Shown: positions 1-9,529 of the stretch, piece by piece
Position numbering within the stretch: the stretch's first letter is position 1
Layout of the letters: each line of letters starts with the position of its first letter
From: Nannocystis bainbridge
Lineage (GTDB): Bacteria; Myxococcota_A; Polyangia; Nannocystales; Nannocystaceae
Direction of reading: 5' to 3'
Length of the DNA: 64,000 nt
Assembly: GCF_028368995.1 (NCBI RefSeq)
Contig: NZ_JAQNDL010000001.1
Span: 192,001-256,000 of the forward strand
The notes under the pieces: model-generated
Database searches by the model: none
Seen by the model: the letters and a program-made list of their open reading frames with translations, nothing else
What the model was told of the DNA's origin: nothing
Position numbers and translations under genes: made by a program

Positions 1-556
1 TGTCCATCCGGATCAGGTTGTAGGGCGCCGTCAGCTCGCCGGACGACAGCGTCTGGTTGTTGTTGATGCCGTAGAACGTGAAGACCGGGTCGAGCGAGGC
101 GAAGAAGCCGAAGTTGAAGATCTCGCGGCGCCCCAGCATGTCGCGCATGCGGGCGCTGAGGATGTGGTCCTGGACCAGCTTGGTCGACACGCGCGACCAC
201 GCCAGCCCGTACACCCGGTTGAAGTTGTCGTTGGGTAGGCGATACGCGTAGTTGAGCGAGCCGCCCAGCGTGAGCCCCGTCGCCGGCTGCGAGCTGAGGT
301 GCGGCAGCGGCAGCAGGCGGTGCCGGGTGTCGCGTTGCCGGCGCGTACGCTTGCGGAACCGCGAGCGCGCCGGCGGCGTGACGGGCACCGTCGCCTCCGG
401 CAGCTCCGGCTTCGGCGGACCGTTGTCGACGCTCACGGCCAGGGGCGAGCCGGGCGGCAGCTTCGGCCCTTCGGGAACGCCCGGAGGGTTCGCCACAGTC
501 ACCCCGGGGACGGGCGACGGCGCGAGCGCGAGCGCGATGACGCAGGCTGCGAACAA
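1..556 (-). CDS. Outer-membrane beta-barrel protein, BamA/TamA (Omp85)-like, runs off the left edge
   Basis: Minus-strand frame open from a TTG at 556 (in-frame stop at 635-637 upstream). Signal-peptide-like LFAACVIALALA, Pro-rich linker, then LLPLPHLSSQPATGLTLGGSLNYAY...FYGINN beta-strand pattern. Confidence 0.55.
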   Translation of the reverse strand, partial: MFAACVIALALAPSPVPGVTVANPPGVPEGPKLPPGSPLAVSVDNGPPKPELPEATVPVTPPARSRFRKRTRRQRDTRHRLLPLPHLSSQPATGLTLGGSLNYAYRLPNDNFNRVYGLAWSRVSTKLVQDHILSARMRDMLGRREIFNFGFFASLDPVFTFYGINNNQTLSSGELTAPYNLIRMD

Positions 557-656
557 GGATTCGGAGTCCGCGGCAGTGTTGACCGCGCTCGCAGCCGATG
601 CAAGGACTCGCTTGCTCGTCCCGCGCCGCGCGCGCTAACTTGCGCCTACAGCGAAG

Positions 657-1616
657 ATGCCCGCCCCGATCGCCATCTTCTACGAACACCCCGATTGGTT
701 CCGCCCGCTGTTCGCCGAGCTCGAACGTCGGGGATTGCCCGTCGTCCGACTCGCCGCCGATCAGAGCCGCTTCGACCCGGCCGAGCGCGACCCGCCCTTC
801 GGCCTCGTGTTCAACCGCGCAAGTCCCTCCGCCTATCTGCGCGGTCGCGGTCAGACCACGCATTACACCCTCGCAATTTTGCGGCACTGGGAGCGGCGCA
901 AGATCCCCGTCGTCAACGGCAGCGCCGTCTACCGCTACGAGGTCTCCAAGGCCGACCAACTCGGCCTCCTCGACGACCTCGGCCTCGGCTACCCGCGGGC
1001 CCACGTCATCAACTACCCCGGCCAGGCCCTCGCCGCCGCCGCCGGTCTGCGCTGGCCGATCCTCGTCAAGGCCAACGTCGGCGGCAGCGGGGCTGGCATC
1101 CGCCGCTTCGACACCCCGGCCGAGCTGGCCGCCGCCGCCGATCGCGGCGAGCTCGACCTCGGCGTCGACCACACCGCGCTGGTGCAGGAGCTGTGTCCCT
1201 TGCGCGGCGGCAAGATCGTCCGGGTCGAGGTCGTCGGCCGCAAGTTCCTCTACGCCATCGAGGTGTTCCCCCCGCCCGCCTCGTTCAACCTGTGCCCGGC
1301 CGACGCCTGTCAGACCGCCGACGGCCGTGACCTCGAGCGCTCCGCCTGTGCCCTCGACGCCCCGAAGACCGGCATGCGCGTCCAGGGCTACAACCCCCCG
1401 CCCGAGGTCATCCGCGCCGTCGAGGCGATCGCCGAGGCCGCCGCGCTCGACGTCGGCGGCGTCGAGTACCTCGTCGACGACCGCGACGGCGAGATCTACT
1501 TCTACGACATCAACGCCCTCTCGAACTTCGTCGCCGACGCCCCGCGCGTCGTCGGCCTCGACGCCTTCGCCCGCTGCGTCGACTACCTGCAGGCCCGCTG
1601 GGAAGCCGGTATCTGA
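657..1616 (+). CDS. ATP-grasp (RimK/GshB-like) ligase
   Basis: WPILVKANVGGSGAGI, LVQE, GGVEYL...YFYDINALSNF ATP-grasp motifs. Confidence 0.8.
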   Translation: MPAPIAIFYEHPDWFRPLFAELERRGLPVVRLAADQSRFDPAERDPPFGLVFNRASPSAYLRGRGQTTHYTLAILRHWERRKIPVVNGSAVYRYEVSKADQLGLLDDLGLGYPRAHVINYPGQALAAAAGLRWPILVKANVGGSGAGIRRFDTPAELAAAADRGELDLGVDHTALVQELCPLRGGKIVRVEVVGRKFLYAIEVFPPPASFNLCPADACQTADGRDLERSACALDAPKTGMRVQGYNPPPEVIRAVEAIAEAAALDVGGVEYLVDDRDGEIYFYDINALSNFVADAPRVVGLDAFARCVDYLQARWEAGI

Positions 1617-1690
1617 CCTTTCGACCATGTTCTCGGGGCCATGTCCTTCCATCCTGTCGAAACGACCATGTCCCGAGGGTCCTGCGACCC
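1612..1690. repeat. 14-bp periodic palindromic array (degenerate)
   Basis: CATG/CCTG cores at 1626, 1640, 1653, 1667, 1681. Confidence 0.7.
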
Positions 1691-1762
1691 TGCAGGAGCA
1701 GCCATGCCCCGCCCACTGCTCGCCGCTCCCGCGCCTGACCGCGCGACCGTATAGGACCCGCC

Positions 1763-2782
1763 ATGCGCTTCGGCTACTGGCTCCCCGTGTTCGGCGGCTG
1801 GCTACGCAACGTGCCCGACGAGGGCATGGCGGCCACCTGGGACTACGCGCGCAGGCTCGCGGTGCGCAGCGAGCAGCTCGGCTACGACCTCACCCTCGTC
1901 GCCGAGCTGTTCCTCAACGACATCAAGGGCCCGGCCGCGCCCGCGCTCGACGCCTGGACCACCGCCGCCGCCCTGGCCGCCGTCACCACCCGCCTGGAGC
2001 TCATGGTCGCGGTCCGGCCGACCTTCCACAGCCCGGCGATCTTCGCCAAGCAGGCCGCCAACCTCGATCAGATCAGCGGCGGCCGGCTCGCGCTCAACGT
2101 CGTCTCCTCGTGGTGGTCCGACGAGGCCCGCCGCTACGGCGTCCGCTTCGAGCGCCACGACGACCGCTACGCCCGCACCGACGAGTGGCTGCGGATCGTC
2201 ACCGGCGCCTGGAGCGAGCCCGAGTTCAGCTTCCGCGGCCAGTTCTACGAGGTCGAGGGCTGCGTGCTCGCGCCCAAGCCCGCGCGTCGCCCCGTCCTCT
2301 ACGCCGGCGGCGAGTCGGAGGCCGCCAAGACGCTGATCGCCCGCGCCTGCGACGCCTACGTCATGCACGGCGACCCGCCCGAGCGCGTCGCCCCCAAGGT
2401 CGCCGACATGCGCCGCCGCCGTGAAGCCCTCGGCTTGCCGCCGATGAGCTTCGGCATGGCCGCCTACGTGATCGTCCGCGCCAGCGAGGCCGAGGCCGAA
2501 AGCGAGCGCGCGCGCATCACCGACGTCTCCGAGGGCTCGCCCGGCTACGCCAACTACCGCGACTTCTTGCAGAACACCCAGCTCGATCAGCAGGTCAGCC
2601 GCGAGGACTACTCGGTCTCGAACCGGGGCCTGCGCGCCGGCCTCGTCGGCACCCCCGCGCAGGTCGCGGAGCAGATCCGCCGCTTCGAGGCCGCCGGCGT
2701 CGACCTGCTGCTGCTGCAGTGCAGCCCCCAGCTCGAGGAGATGGAGCGCTTCGCCGCCGAGGTGATGCCGCTGCTGCGCTGA
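1763..2782 (+). CDS. LLM-class flavin-dependent monooxygenase (SfnG/SsuD-like)
   Basis: MRFGYWLPVFGG, LELMVAVRP, LDQISGGRLALNVV, YAGGESE, LVGTPAQVAE. Confidence 0.9.
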   Translation: MRFGYWLPVFGGWLRNVPDEGMAATWDYARRLAVRSEQLGYDLTLVAELFLNDIKGPAAPALDAWTTAAALAAVTTRLELMVAVRPTFHSPAIFAKQAANLDQISGGRLALNVVSSWWSDEARRYGVRFERHDDRYARTDEWLRIVTGAWSEPEFSFRGQFYEVEGCVLAPKPARRPVLYAGGESEAAKTLIARACDAYVMHGDPPERVAPKVADMRRRREALGLPPMSFGMAAYVIVRASEAEAESERARITDVSEGSPGYANYRDFLQNTQLDQQVSREDYSVSNRGLRAGLVGTPAQVAEQIRRFEAAGVDLLLLQCSPQLEEMERFAAEVMPLLR

Positions 2783-2850
2783 CATGGCCCAAGCGACATG
2801 TCCTGAGGGCAACCGCATGTCCTCAAGGACATGTTTTTAAAGACATGTCA
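2780..2850. repeat. 14-bp periodic palindromic array
   Basis: CATG at 2783, 2797, 2816, 2830, 2844; perfect TGTCC-TCAA-GGACA at 2818-2831. Confidence 0.8.
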
Positions 2851-2959
2851 CTGCCCGTCTCACTCCCCGCCCACGGCAACTTCGACCCCAACGGTCGTTG
2901 GCGCCTCTCCTCACGTCGTCCGCTTGCAAAACGCAGGGCCCGCCGCGCGACCTCTCCTT

Positions 2960-4615
2960 GTGCGACTCCGGCTGCTCCTCCCCCTCGCCTTCGTCCCCTC
3001 CTGCATCGATTTTGTCCTCGACGCCGACCTCGACGGCCCGCGGATCGTCGCCACCGACCTCCCCGGTCCGCGCGCCCTCGAGGTCCCGGTCGCGGGCCCG
3101 TGGCAGCTCGAGTTCAGCGAGCCGCTCGACCCGCATCGGCTGCGGCTCGCCCTGCTCGCCTGGGAGACTGTCGGCGCCTGCGAGCTCACCCCCGAGTGCG
3201 ACGAGGGCAGTTGCGAGCGCGGCCGCTGCCAGACCGATCCCATCGCCACCGCCGACCTGCGCGCCGTGGAGCGCGGCGAGCCGCTCGACGACGCCATCCC
3301 GATCACCGTCGACCTCGAGGACCTGCCCTCCCGGCCAGGTACGACCCTGCGCATCACCCCGGACCGTCCGCTCGCGCCACACGCCCGCCACAGCCTCCTC
3401 GTGTTCGCCCGCGACCGCCGCGGCGCCCCCCTGGTCGACGACGACGGCGAGGCCGCGGTGTGGCGGCGCGACCTCGTCACGGCCGGTCCGGCCAGCTCGG
3501 GCCCGGCGCCGCGGCTGGTGTCGCCGCCGCCCGGGGCCGACCTCGTGCCCACCGATCTCGCCCGGGTCGACATCGCCTTCGCCCGCCCCGTCGACGCCCG
3601 CGCCAGCGATACCCTGGAGCTGCGCAGCCCCGACCCGCCCCGTGAGCTGCGCGATCCGGTCCCGTGCCCCGGCTGGGTGCCTGGCCTCTGCCTGTCCTTC
3701 AGGACATCCGAGCCGCTCGCCCCCGGCGTCGTCTACGAGCTCGGCGGCGGCAGCCTGCGCGACCGCGCCGGCCGTCTGTTGGTCCCGCCGCGCGAGTTCG
3801 CCGCCTTCCGCACCGGCCCTGGCCCCGACCTCAGCCCGCCCGATCTCGCGAGCCTCGCCTTCGTCCAGATCGGCCGCTGCCTGCACGCCCGCCTGCACGC
3901 CCGCGAGCCGCTGCGCCTGCGCCTGGTCGTCGGCCCCGAAGCGCGCGAGCTCGTCGCCCCGGCCGGCCCCGTCGACCTCGGCCTCCGCCTCGACGCCCCC
4001 GCCGGCGCCCGCGTCACCGCCACCTTGCAGGCCTGGGACCTCGCCGGTCGCACCGCCGAGCGCAGCGAAGAACATGTCCTCGGGGACAGCTTCGATCGCG
4101 GCGCCCCGCCGCTCGCGCTCGCCGAGGTGCTGGCCAACCCGCGCGGCCGCGAGCCCGCGCAGGAGTTCGTCGAGCTGGCCGATCTGCGCACCACCGGCGA
4201 TCCGCTGCTCGTCAGCGGCCTGCGCCTCGTCGACGGCCCCGCGGGCGCCGTCGAGCTGGATGGCGGCGATCCGCTGCCCCCGTTCACCAGCGCCCCCGGT
4301 CAGCGCCACCTGATCGTCCCGGCCGCTTACGATCCCGATCAGGGCGACGATCCGGGCCCGCCGCCGGGCACCTCGCTCCTGCGCGTCGACGCCTCTCTGG
4401 CCGCGGGTGGGCTCAAGAACAGCCCCGGCGAGGCGCTCCTCCTGGTCTTCGAGGCAGGTGCGAAAGGCCCTGTCGCATTGGACAGCTACGGCGGCTGGCA
4501 CGACCCGGGCGATCTCCCGGGGCGCTCGCTCGCCCGCGACCCCGGCGGCTGCGACACCCCCGCCGCCTGGGCGCCGCACCCGAGCGGGCGCGCGAACCCG
4601 GGCCTCGGCCCGTGA
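2960..4615 (+). CDS. Lipoprotein with Ig-like (Big_5-type) and lamin-tail-like domains
   Basis: GTG start, lipobox-like FVPSC; FSEPLDP and FARPVD Ig-like motifs; LAEVLANPRG..QEFVEL lamin-tail signature. Confidence 0.65.
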   Translation: MRLRLLLPLAFVPSCIDFVLDADLDGPRIVATDLPGPRALEVPVAGPWQLEFSEPLDPHRLRLALLAWETVGACELTPECDEGSCERGRCQTDPIATADLRAVERGEPLDDAIPITVDLEDLPSRPGTTLRITPDRPLAPHARHSLLVFARDRRGAPLVDDDGEAAVWRRDLVTAGPASSGPAPRLVSPPPGADLVPTDLARVDIAFARPVDARASDTLELRSPDPPRELRDPVPCPGWVPGLCLSFRTSEPLAPGVVYELGGGSLRDRAGRLLVPPREFAAFRTGPGPDLSPPDLASLAFVQIGRCLHARLHAREPLRLRLVVGPEARELVAPAGPVDLGLRLDAPAGARVTATLQAWDLAGRTAERSEEHVLGDSFDRGAPPLALAEVLANPRGREPAQEFVELADLRTTGDPLLVSGLRLVDGPAGAVELDGGDPLPPFTSAPGQRHLIVPAAYDPDQGDDPGPPPGTSLLRVDASLAAGGLKNSPGEALLLVFEAGAKGPVALDSYGGWHDPGDLPGRSLARDPGGCDTPAAWAPHPSGRANPGLGP

Positions 4616-4656
4616 GATTGCCGAAAGCCGCCCGATCGGCGATGCTCCGCCGCCGC

Positions 4657-6909
4657 ATGGCCGCCCCCGAGACCCCCGACAACGAGGCCGCTGGCGAGCG
4701 GATCGAGGGGGCCGTGCTCCGCGTCGTGCACCACAACCCGCAGACCCGCTACACGGTGCTGCGGGTCGTGCGGCCCGGCGAGGTCGCGCCGCAGACGTGG
4801 GTCGGCCGCTCGACCGGCATCGAGGAGGGCATGCAGGTCACCGCCGCCGGCGAGTGGACGCACCACCCGAGCTACGGCAAGCAATTCAACTTCGCCCGCA
4901 TCGCCGCCAAGGCCCCGACCACCCCGGCGGGCATCCAGCGCCGGCTCGAGCGCTACCCCGGCCTCGGCGCCGAGAAGGCCGAGCGGATCGTCCAGCGCTT
5001 CGGCCTCGACACCCTGTCGATCCTCGACAAGACGCCGCGCCGCCTGCTCGAGGTCGAGGGCATCGGCCCCAAGACGCTCGAGCGGATCGTCGCGCATCAC
5101 ACCGCGCGCGGCGGCCCGACGGCGGAGATCGAGAATCACCTGCTCGAGCTCGGCCTGCCGACCCACTTCGCCGACGCGATCAGCCAGCGGTTCGGGGAGA
5201 CCGCGCTGACCGTCCTGCGCCAGCACCCCTACCGCCTGGCCCGCGAGGTCCGCGGCATCGGCTTCATCACCGCCGACAAGATCGCCCGCGCGCTCGGCGT
5301 CGACCTCGAGAGCGACGAGCGCATCGAAGCCGGCCTGTTCCACACCCTCGAGCAGTCGGAGCAGAACGGCCACTGCGCCCTGCCCATGCCGATCCTCGTG
5401 CAGAACGCCGAGCGCCTGCTCGAGCTGCCGCCGGTCCGCATCGAGGCCGAGGCGATGAAGCTCGTCAACTCCGGCGCGCTCGTCCTCGACCGGCGCGAGG
5501 GTGACGACGGCGAGCCGATGCCGCCGCTGTGCTACCCGCCGCGCTTCTACGACGCCGAGCGCAACGTCGCCGAGATCCTCACCGACATCGCTCTCGGGGC
5601 CGGCAAGGGCCGCGGGCGCTGGACCGCCGTCGAGCCGCCCTCCGGCCTGTCCGCCGGCCAGCTCGCCGCGATCGAGGCCATCCGCGACGCCGGCCTCGTC
5701 ATCCTCACCGGCGGCCCCGGCACCGGCAAGAGCACCGTCACCCGCGCGATCATCGACACCGCGCTCGCCAACGAGTCGCCGGTGCTGCTGGCCGCGCCGA
5801 CCGGGCGCGCCGCCAAGCGCCTGGCCGAGGCCACCGGCCAGCGCGCCACCACCATCCATCGCCTGCTCGAGATCGAGGGCGGCACCGGCGAGTTCTTCCA
5901 CAACGCCCACAACCCGCTGCCCGAGGGTCTGGTCGTGATCGACGAGGCGTCGATGCTCGACCTCTCGCTGGCCGAGGCGCTGCTGCTCGCGCTCACGCCC
6001 CAGCACCGGCTGCTGCTCGTCGGCGACGCCGACCAGCTGCCCTCGGTCGGCCCCGGCAACGTCCTGCGCGACGTGCTCGCCGCCACCGACCGCGCCGACT
6101 CGCCGATCCCGGTGGTGCGGCTGACCCAGATCTTCCGCCAGGCCGAGGGCTCGTCGATCGTCACCTCGGCCCACGCGATCCTGCGCGGCAAGGTCCCCGA
6201 GTCCGACCGCAGCGACGGCGGCCAGTTCTACGTCGTCCAGGCCCGCGACAGCGAGCGCGCCCACGAGCTGGTGCTCAAGGCCATCACCGAGCGGATCCCC
6301 AAGGCTTACGGCCTCGACCCGCGCACCGAGGTCCAGGTGCTGTGCCCGATGCACAAGGGCAAGGCCGGCACCGAGGCCCTCAACGCCGCGCTGCAGGCCC
6401 ACCACACCGCCGGCGCGCCCGAGTTGGTCCTGCCCGGCCGTCCGCCGCGGGTCTTCCGCGTCGGCGACCGCGTGATGCAGACCAAAAACGACCACGAGCG
6501 CGGCGTCTTCAACGGCGACATCGGCCTCGTCACCGCCGTCGACCCCGACCGCCAGACCCTCACCGTCGAGGTCGACGGCGATCCTGTCCCTTACGACGCC
6601 AAGCAGCTCAACGCGCTGCAGCTCGCCTACGCCGTCTCGATCCACAAGAGCCAGGGCAGCGAGTTCCCGGCCGTGGTCGTGCCGCTGCTCAGCGAGCACC
6701 ACGTCATGCTGCGCCGAAACCTGCTCTACACCGCCGTCACCCGCGCCCGCCGGCTGTGCGTCCTCGTCGCCGACCCGCGCGCGCTGACCCAGGCCGTCCA
6801 CCGCAGCGACGCCGCCCGCCGGTTCACCGGCCTGCGCGAGCGCCTGCTCGCCGCCCTGCGCGAGCGCCTCGGCGAGCGCCGCACCGTCCGCCACATCGAC
6901 GGCGCATGA
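4657..6909 (+). CDS. recD2: ATP-dependent RecD-like DNA helicase RecD2
   Basis: HhH motifs (PGLGAEKA, EGIGPKT), Walker A GGPGTGKS, DEASM, GDADQLPSVG, YAVSIHKSQGSEF, YTAVTRA. Confidence 0.95.
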   Translation: MAAPETPDNEAAGERIEGAVLRVVHHNPQTRYTVLRVVRPGEVAPQTWVGRSTGIEEGMQVTAAGEWTHHPSYGKQFNFARIAAKAPTTPAGIQRRLERYPGLGAEKAERIVQRFGLDTLSILDKTPRRLLEVEGIGPKTLERIVAHHTARGGPTAEIENHLLELGLPTHFADAISQRFGETALTVLRQHPYRLAREVRGIGFITADKIARALGVDLESDERIEAGLFHTLEQSEQNGHCALPMPILVQNAERLLELPPVRIEAEAMKLVNSGALVLDRREGDDGEPMPPLCYPPRFYDAERNVAEILTDIALGAGKGRGRWTAVEPPSGLSAGQLAAIEAIRDAGLVILTGGPGTGKSTVTRAIIDTALANESPVLLAAPTGRAAKRLAEATGQRATTIHRLLEIEGGTGEFFHNAHNPLPEGLVVIDEASMLDLSLAEALLLALTPQHRLLLVGDADQLPSVGPGNVLRDVLAATDRADSPIPVVRLTQIFRQAEGSSIVTSAHAILRGKVPESDRSDGGQFYVVQARDSERAHELVLKAITERIPKAYGLDPRTEVQVLCPMHKGKAGTEALNAALQAHHTAGAPELVLPGRPPRVFRVGDRVMQTKNDHERGVFNGDIGLVTAVDPDRQTLTVEVDGDPVPYDAKQLNALQLAYAVSIHKSQGSEFPAVVVPLLSEHHVMLRRNLLYTAVTRARRLCVLVADPRALTQAVHRSDAARRFTGLRERLLAALRERLGERRTVRHIDGA

Positions 6910-6995
6910 CCTTCAGGACATGTCCTCGGTGACATGTCCGAGAGGCCTGGTCGACAGCGCTGCTGGCTCGCGACATGTTCTCTTGGACATGTCCG
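6902..6995. repeat. 14-bp periodic palindromic array
   Basis: Cores at 6905 (overlaps the recD2 stop), 6919, 6933, 6946, 6974, 6988. Confidence 0.85.
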
Positions 6996-7505
6996 GGCGG
7001 CCAGTCGCCCCCGCGCCCCATGCCGTCGCGCCCGGCTCGCCGAGGCGGCCCTCGTTGTGGGCGCAGCTCCACACGCATGCGCACGCGCCTCGCAGCCGAG
7101 AACGCCGGGAGCTCGCGCCAAACCAGCTGCGGCAGGCCGCGCCGGCGGTGTACCGGCCGTGAACGCCGTCAGCGCCGGGCATGACGGTGCCCGCCGCTGA
7201 CCACTGCCTGGGCCGCCTCGGCCCTCGCCCCGCCCGACCTTCACGGTGTTCGTCCCGGCCCGCCGCTGCTGCTCGCGCCGGCCTGGCCGGTGACTCGGTG
7301 GAAACCGCGAGAGCGACGAAACAGCGCCCACCGCCGCGATCACCGCCGGCCCACGAAGCGCGGAGCTCTCGGTCCGAACGTCTGTCCCGAGGTCACCACC
7401 GGCGCACCCCGACGGCCGCCGCGGACCCGCCCGAAAACCCACGCTCGCACCCGCTGCGAGGGTGCTTTTTTCCGCCAGGCGCGTGTGGTACTGACCTCGG
7501 TCAGG

Positions 7506-8252
7506 ATGTCCGGCCACAGCAAATGGTCCACGATTAAGCGCAAGAAGGGGGCGCTCGACGCCCAGCGCGGCAAGATCTTCACCAAGATCGCCCGCGAGAT
7601 CATGGTCGCCGCGAAGGACGGCGGCGGCGACCCGTCCGGCAACCCGCGCCTGCGCACCGCGCTGCTGGCCGCCCGGGCTGCCAACATGCCCAAGGAGAAT
7701 CAGGAGCGCGCGATCAAGAAGGGCACCGGCGAGCTCGCCGGCGTCACCTTCGAGAACGTGCTCTACGAGGGCCGCGGCCCCGGCGGCTCGTGCTTCATCG
7801 TCGAGGTGTTGACCGACAACAAGAACCGCACCGTCGCGGAGATCCGCACCGCCTTCGGCAAGTCCGGCGGCGAGATGGTGTCGAGCGGCGCGGTCTCGTG
7901 GATGTTCGATCACCGCGGCGTGCTCGAGGTCCCCAAGGTCAAGATCAGCGAAGAGGCGCTGATGGAGCGGGCGCTCGGCGCCGGCGGCGAGGACATCCAG
8001 GACTGGGGCGAGTCGTGGGCCATCATGTCGTCGCCGAGCGATCTGGCCGGGCTGCAGACCGAGCTCGCCGACCTCGAGCCGGCCGGCGGCGTGCAGTGGA
8101 TCGCCAAGCCCGAGAACGAGAAGGCGCTCGACGGCGACGTGGCGGTCTCGGTGGCGAAGTTGTGGGCCAAGCTCGACGAGCACGACGACGTGCAGAGCTG
8201 CTACACCAACGCCACCTTGCCCGACGAGGTCATGGAGGAGCACGGCCCGTAG
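7506..8252 (+). CDS. yebC: YebC/PmpR family protein
   Basis: MSGHSKWSTIKRKKG, YEGRGPGG, TDNKNRT. Confidence 0.97.
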   Translation: MSGHSKWSTIKRKKGALDAQRGKIFTKIAREIMVAAKDGGGDPSGNPRLRTALLAARAANMPKENQERAIKKGTGELAGVTFENVLYEGRGPGGSCFIVEVLTDNKNRTVAEIRTAFGKSGGEMVSSGAVSWMFDHRGVLEVPKVKISEEALMERALGAGGEDIQDWGESWAIMSSPSDLAGLQTELADLEPAGGVQWIAKPENEKALDGDVAVSVAKLWAKLDEHDDVQSCYTNATLPDEVMEEHGP

Positions 8253-8265
8253 GCCGCGGACCCTG

Positions 8266-8769
8266 TTGACGGGCGCCACGCGGATCCTCGGCGTCGATCC
8301 CGGAACTCGGATCGTCGGCTACGGCCTCCTCGATCATCAGATCGGGGCGCGCCCCGTCTATATCGAGTGCGGCGTCATCCGCCTGCGCGCAGAAGATCCG
8401 ATGGCCGTTCGCCTGTCCGTCCTCGCCCGCACGATCGCCGAGCTCATCGTCGAGTTCGGCCCGCGCGTCCTCTCGCTCGAGGCCGCCTTCCACGGCGTCA
8501 ACGCCAGCTCCGCGCTCAAGCTCGGCCAGGCCCGCGGCGCCGTCATGGCCGTCGCCGCCGAGCGCGGCCTCGAGGTCGCCGAGTACCCGCCCGCCTACGT
8601 CAAGCGCGCCGTCGTCGGCCACGGCCGCGCCAGCAAGCAGGACGTCATGGCGCGCATGCAACTGCTCTTCAACCTGGCGCGCGCCCCCACGGCTGACGCC
8701 GCTGACGCCCTCGCCATCGCGCTGTGCCACGCGCACGCGCCCAAGCTGCCCCGGAGGACAGGTCCATGA
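8266..8769 (+). CDS. ruvC: Holliday junction resolvase RuvC
   Basis: ILGVDPGTRIVGYG, LGQARG, DAADALAIA. Confidence 0.96.
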   Translation: MTGATRILGVDPGTRIVGYGLLDHQIGARPVYIECGVIRLRAEDPMAVRLSVLARTIAELIVEFGPRVLSLEAAFHGVNASSALKLGQARGAVMAVAAERGLEVAEYPPAYVKRAVVGHGRASKQDVMARMQLLFNLARAPTADAADALAIALCHAHAPKLPRRTGP

Positions 8770-9395
8770 TCGGCTGGTTGTCGGGCATCGTCGTCCATCG
8801 CGACCCCAGGCAGGGCGTCGTCGTCCTCAACGTCGGCGGCGTCGGCTACGAGCTGCGCGTCTCGCTGCAGACCCTCGCTGCCGTCGGCGACGCCGACGAG
8901 CACTGCGCCCTGTGGGTCCACACGCACGCCCGCGAGGACGCGCTGATGCTGTTCGGCTTCGCCACCCAGGCCGAGAAGCAGCTGTTCTTGCTGCTGACGG
9001 CCGTGCCCAAGGTCGGCCCCAAGCACGCCATGGCGGTCCTCGGCGGCTTCCCGCTGGCCGAGCTGGTCGACCACCTCACCCAGGGCCGCGAGATCATGCT
9101 GACGAAGATCCCCGGCATCGGCAAGAAGACCGCTGAGCAGATCCTGCTGTCGATCGCCGACAAGGTCGCCGCCTTCGCCGTCGAGCTCGAGGGCGGCCCG
9201 CGCAGCACGAGCCCCGCCAAGGCCGAGCCGGAGTCGCCCGCGATCGTCGAGGAGGCCAAGCAGGTGCTGGTCGACCTCGGCTGGCGCGTCAAGGAGGTCG
9301 AGCTGGCCCTGGCCAAGCTCACCGCCGGCGGCCCCGTCACCGCCTCGATCGACGACCTGGTCCGCCGCACCCTCGCCCAGCTGATGGAGCGCTGA
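8766..9395 (+). CDS. ruvA: Holliday junction branch-migration protein RuvA
   Basis: MIGWLSG, VGGVGYE, REDALMLFGF, VPKVGPKHA, IPGIGKKTAE; ATGA overlap with ruvC. Confidence 0.96.
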   Translation: MIGWLSGIVVHRDPRQGVVVLNVGGVGYELRVSLQTLAAVGDADEHCALWVHTHAREDALMLFGFATQAEKQLFLLLTAVPKVGPKHAMAVLGGFPLAELVDHLTQGREIMLTKIPGIGKKTAEQILLSIADKVAAFAVELEGGPRSTSPAKAEPESPAIVEEAKQVLVDLGWRVKEVELALAKLTAGGPVTASIDDLVRRTLAQLMER

Positions 9396-9396
9396 G

Positions 9397-9490
9397 CGGC
9401 CTGTCCGTGAGAGCATGCCCGTGAGGGCATGCTCTCAGGTACATGTCCGTACGGGCATGTCGTCTCGAACATGCCCTCTCGACCAGGCGC
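9397..9490. repeat. 14-bp periodic palindromic array between convergent genes
   Basis: Cores exactly 14 bp apart at 9400, 9414, 9428, 9442, 9456, 9470, 9484. Confidence 0.9.
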
Positions 9491-9529
9491 TCGCGTCGCC
9501 CCCGAATCTACCTGTCCTTCGGGCCAGCC

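Noticed and set aside
2831-2959. ORF-track N-terminal extensions (also recD2 from 3664, argC from 18483, rapZ from 52918)
   Set aside because: Upstream starts come from array CATG cores or open GC-rich frames; homology and signal peptides begin later.
6902-6995. parS sites or p53-like response elements
   Set aside because: No match to the 16-bp TGTTCCACGTGGAACA parS consensus. GGACATGTCC equals a p53 half-site, but I treat that as coincidence in a bacterium.
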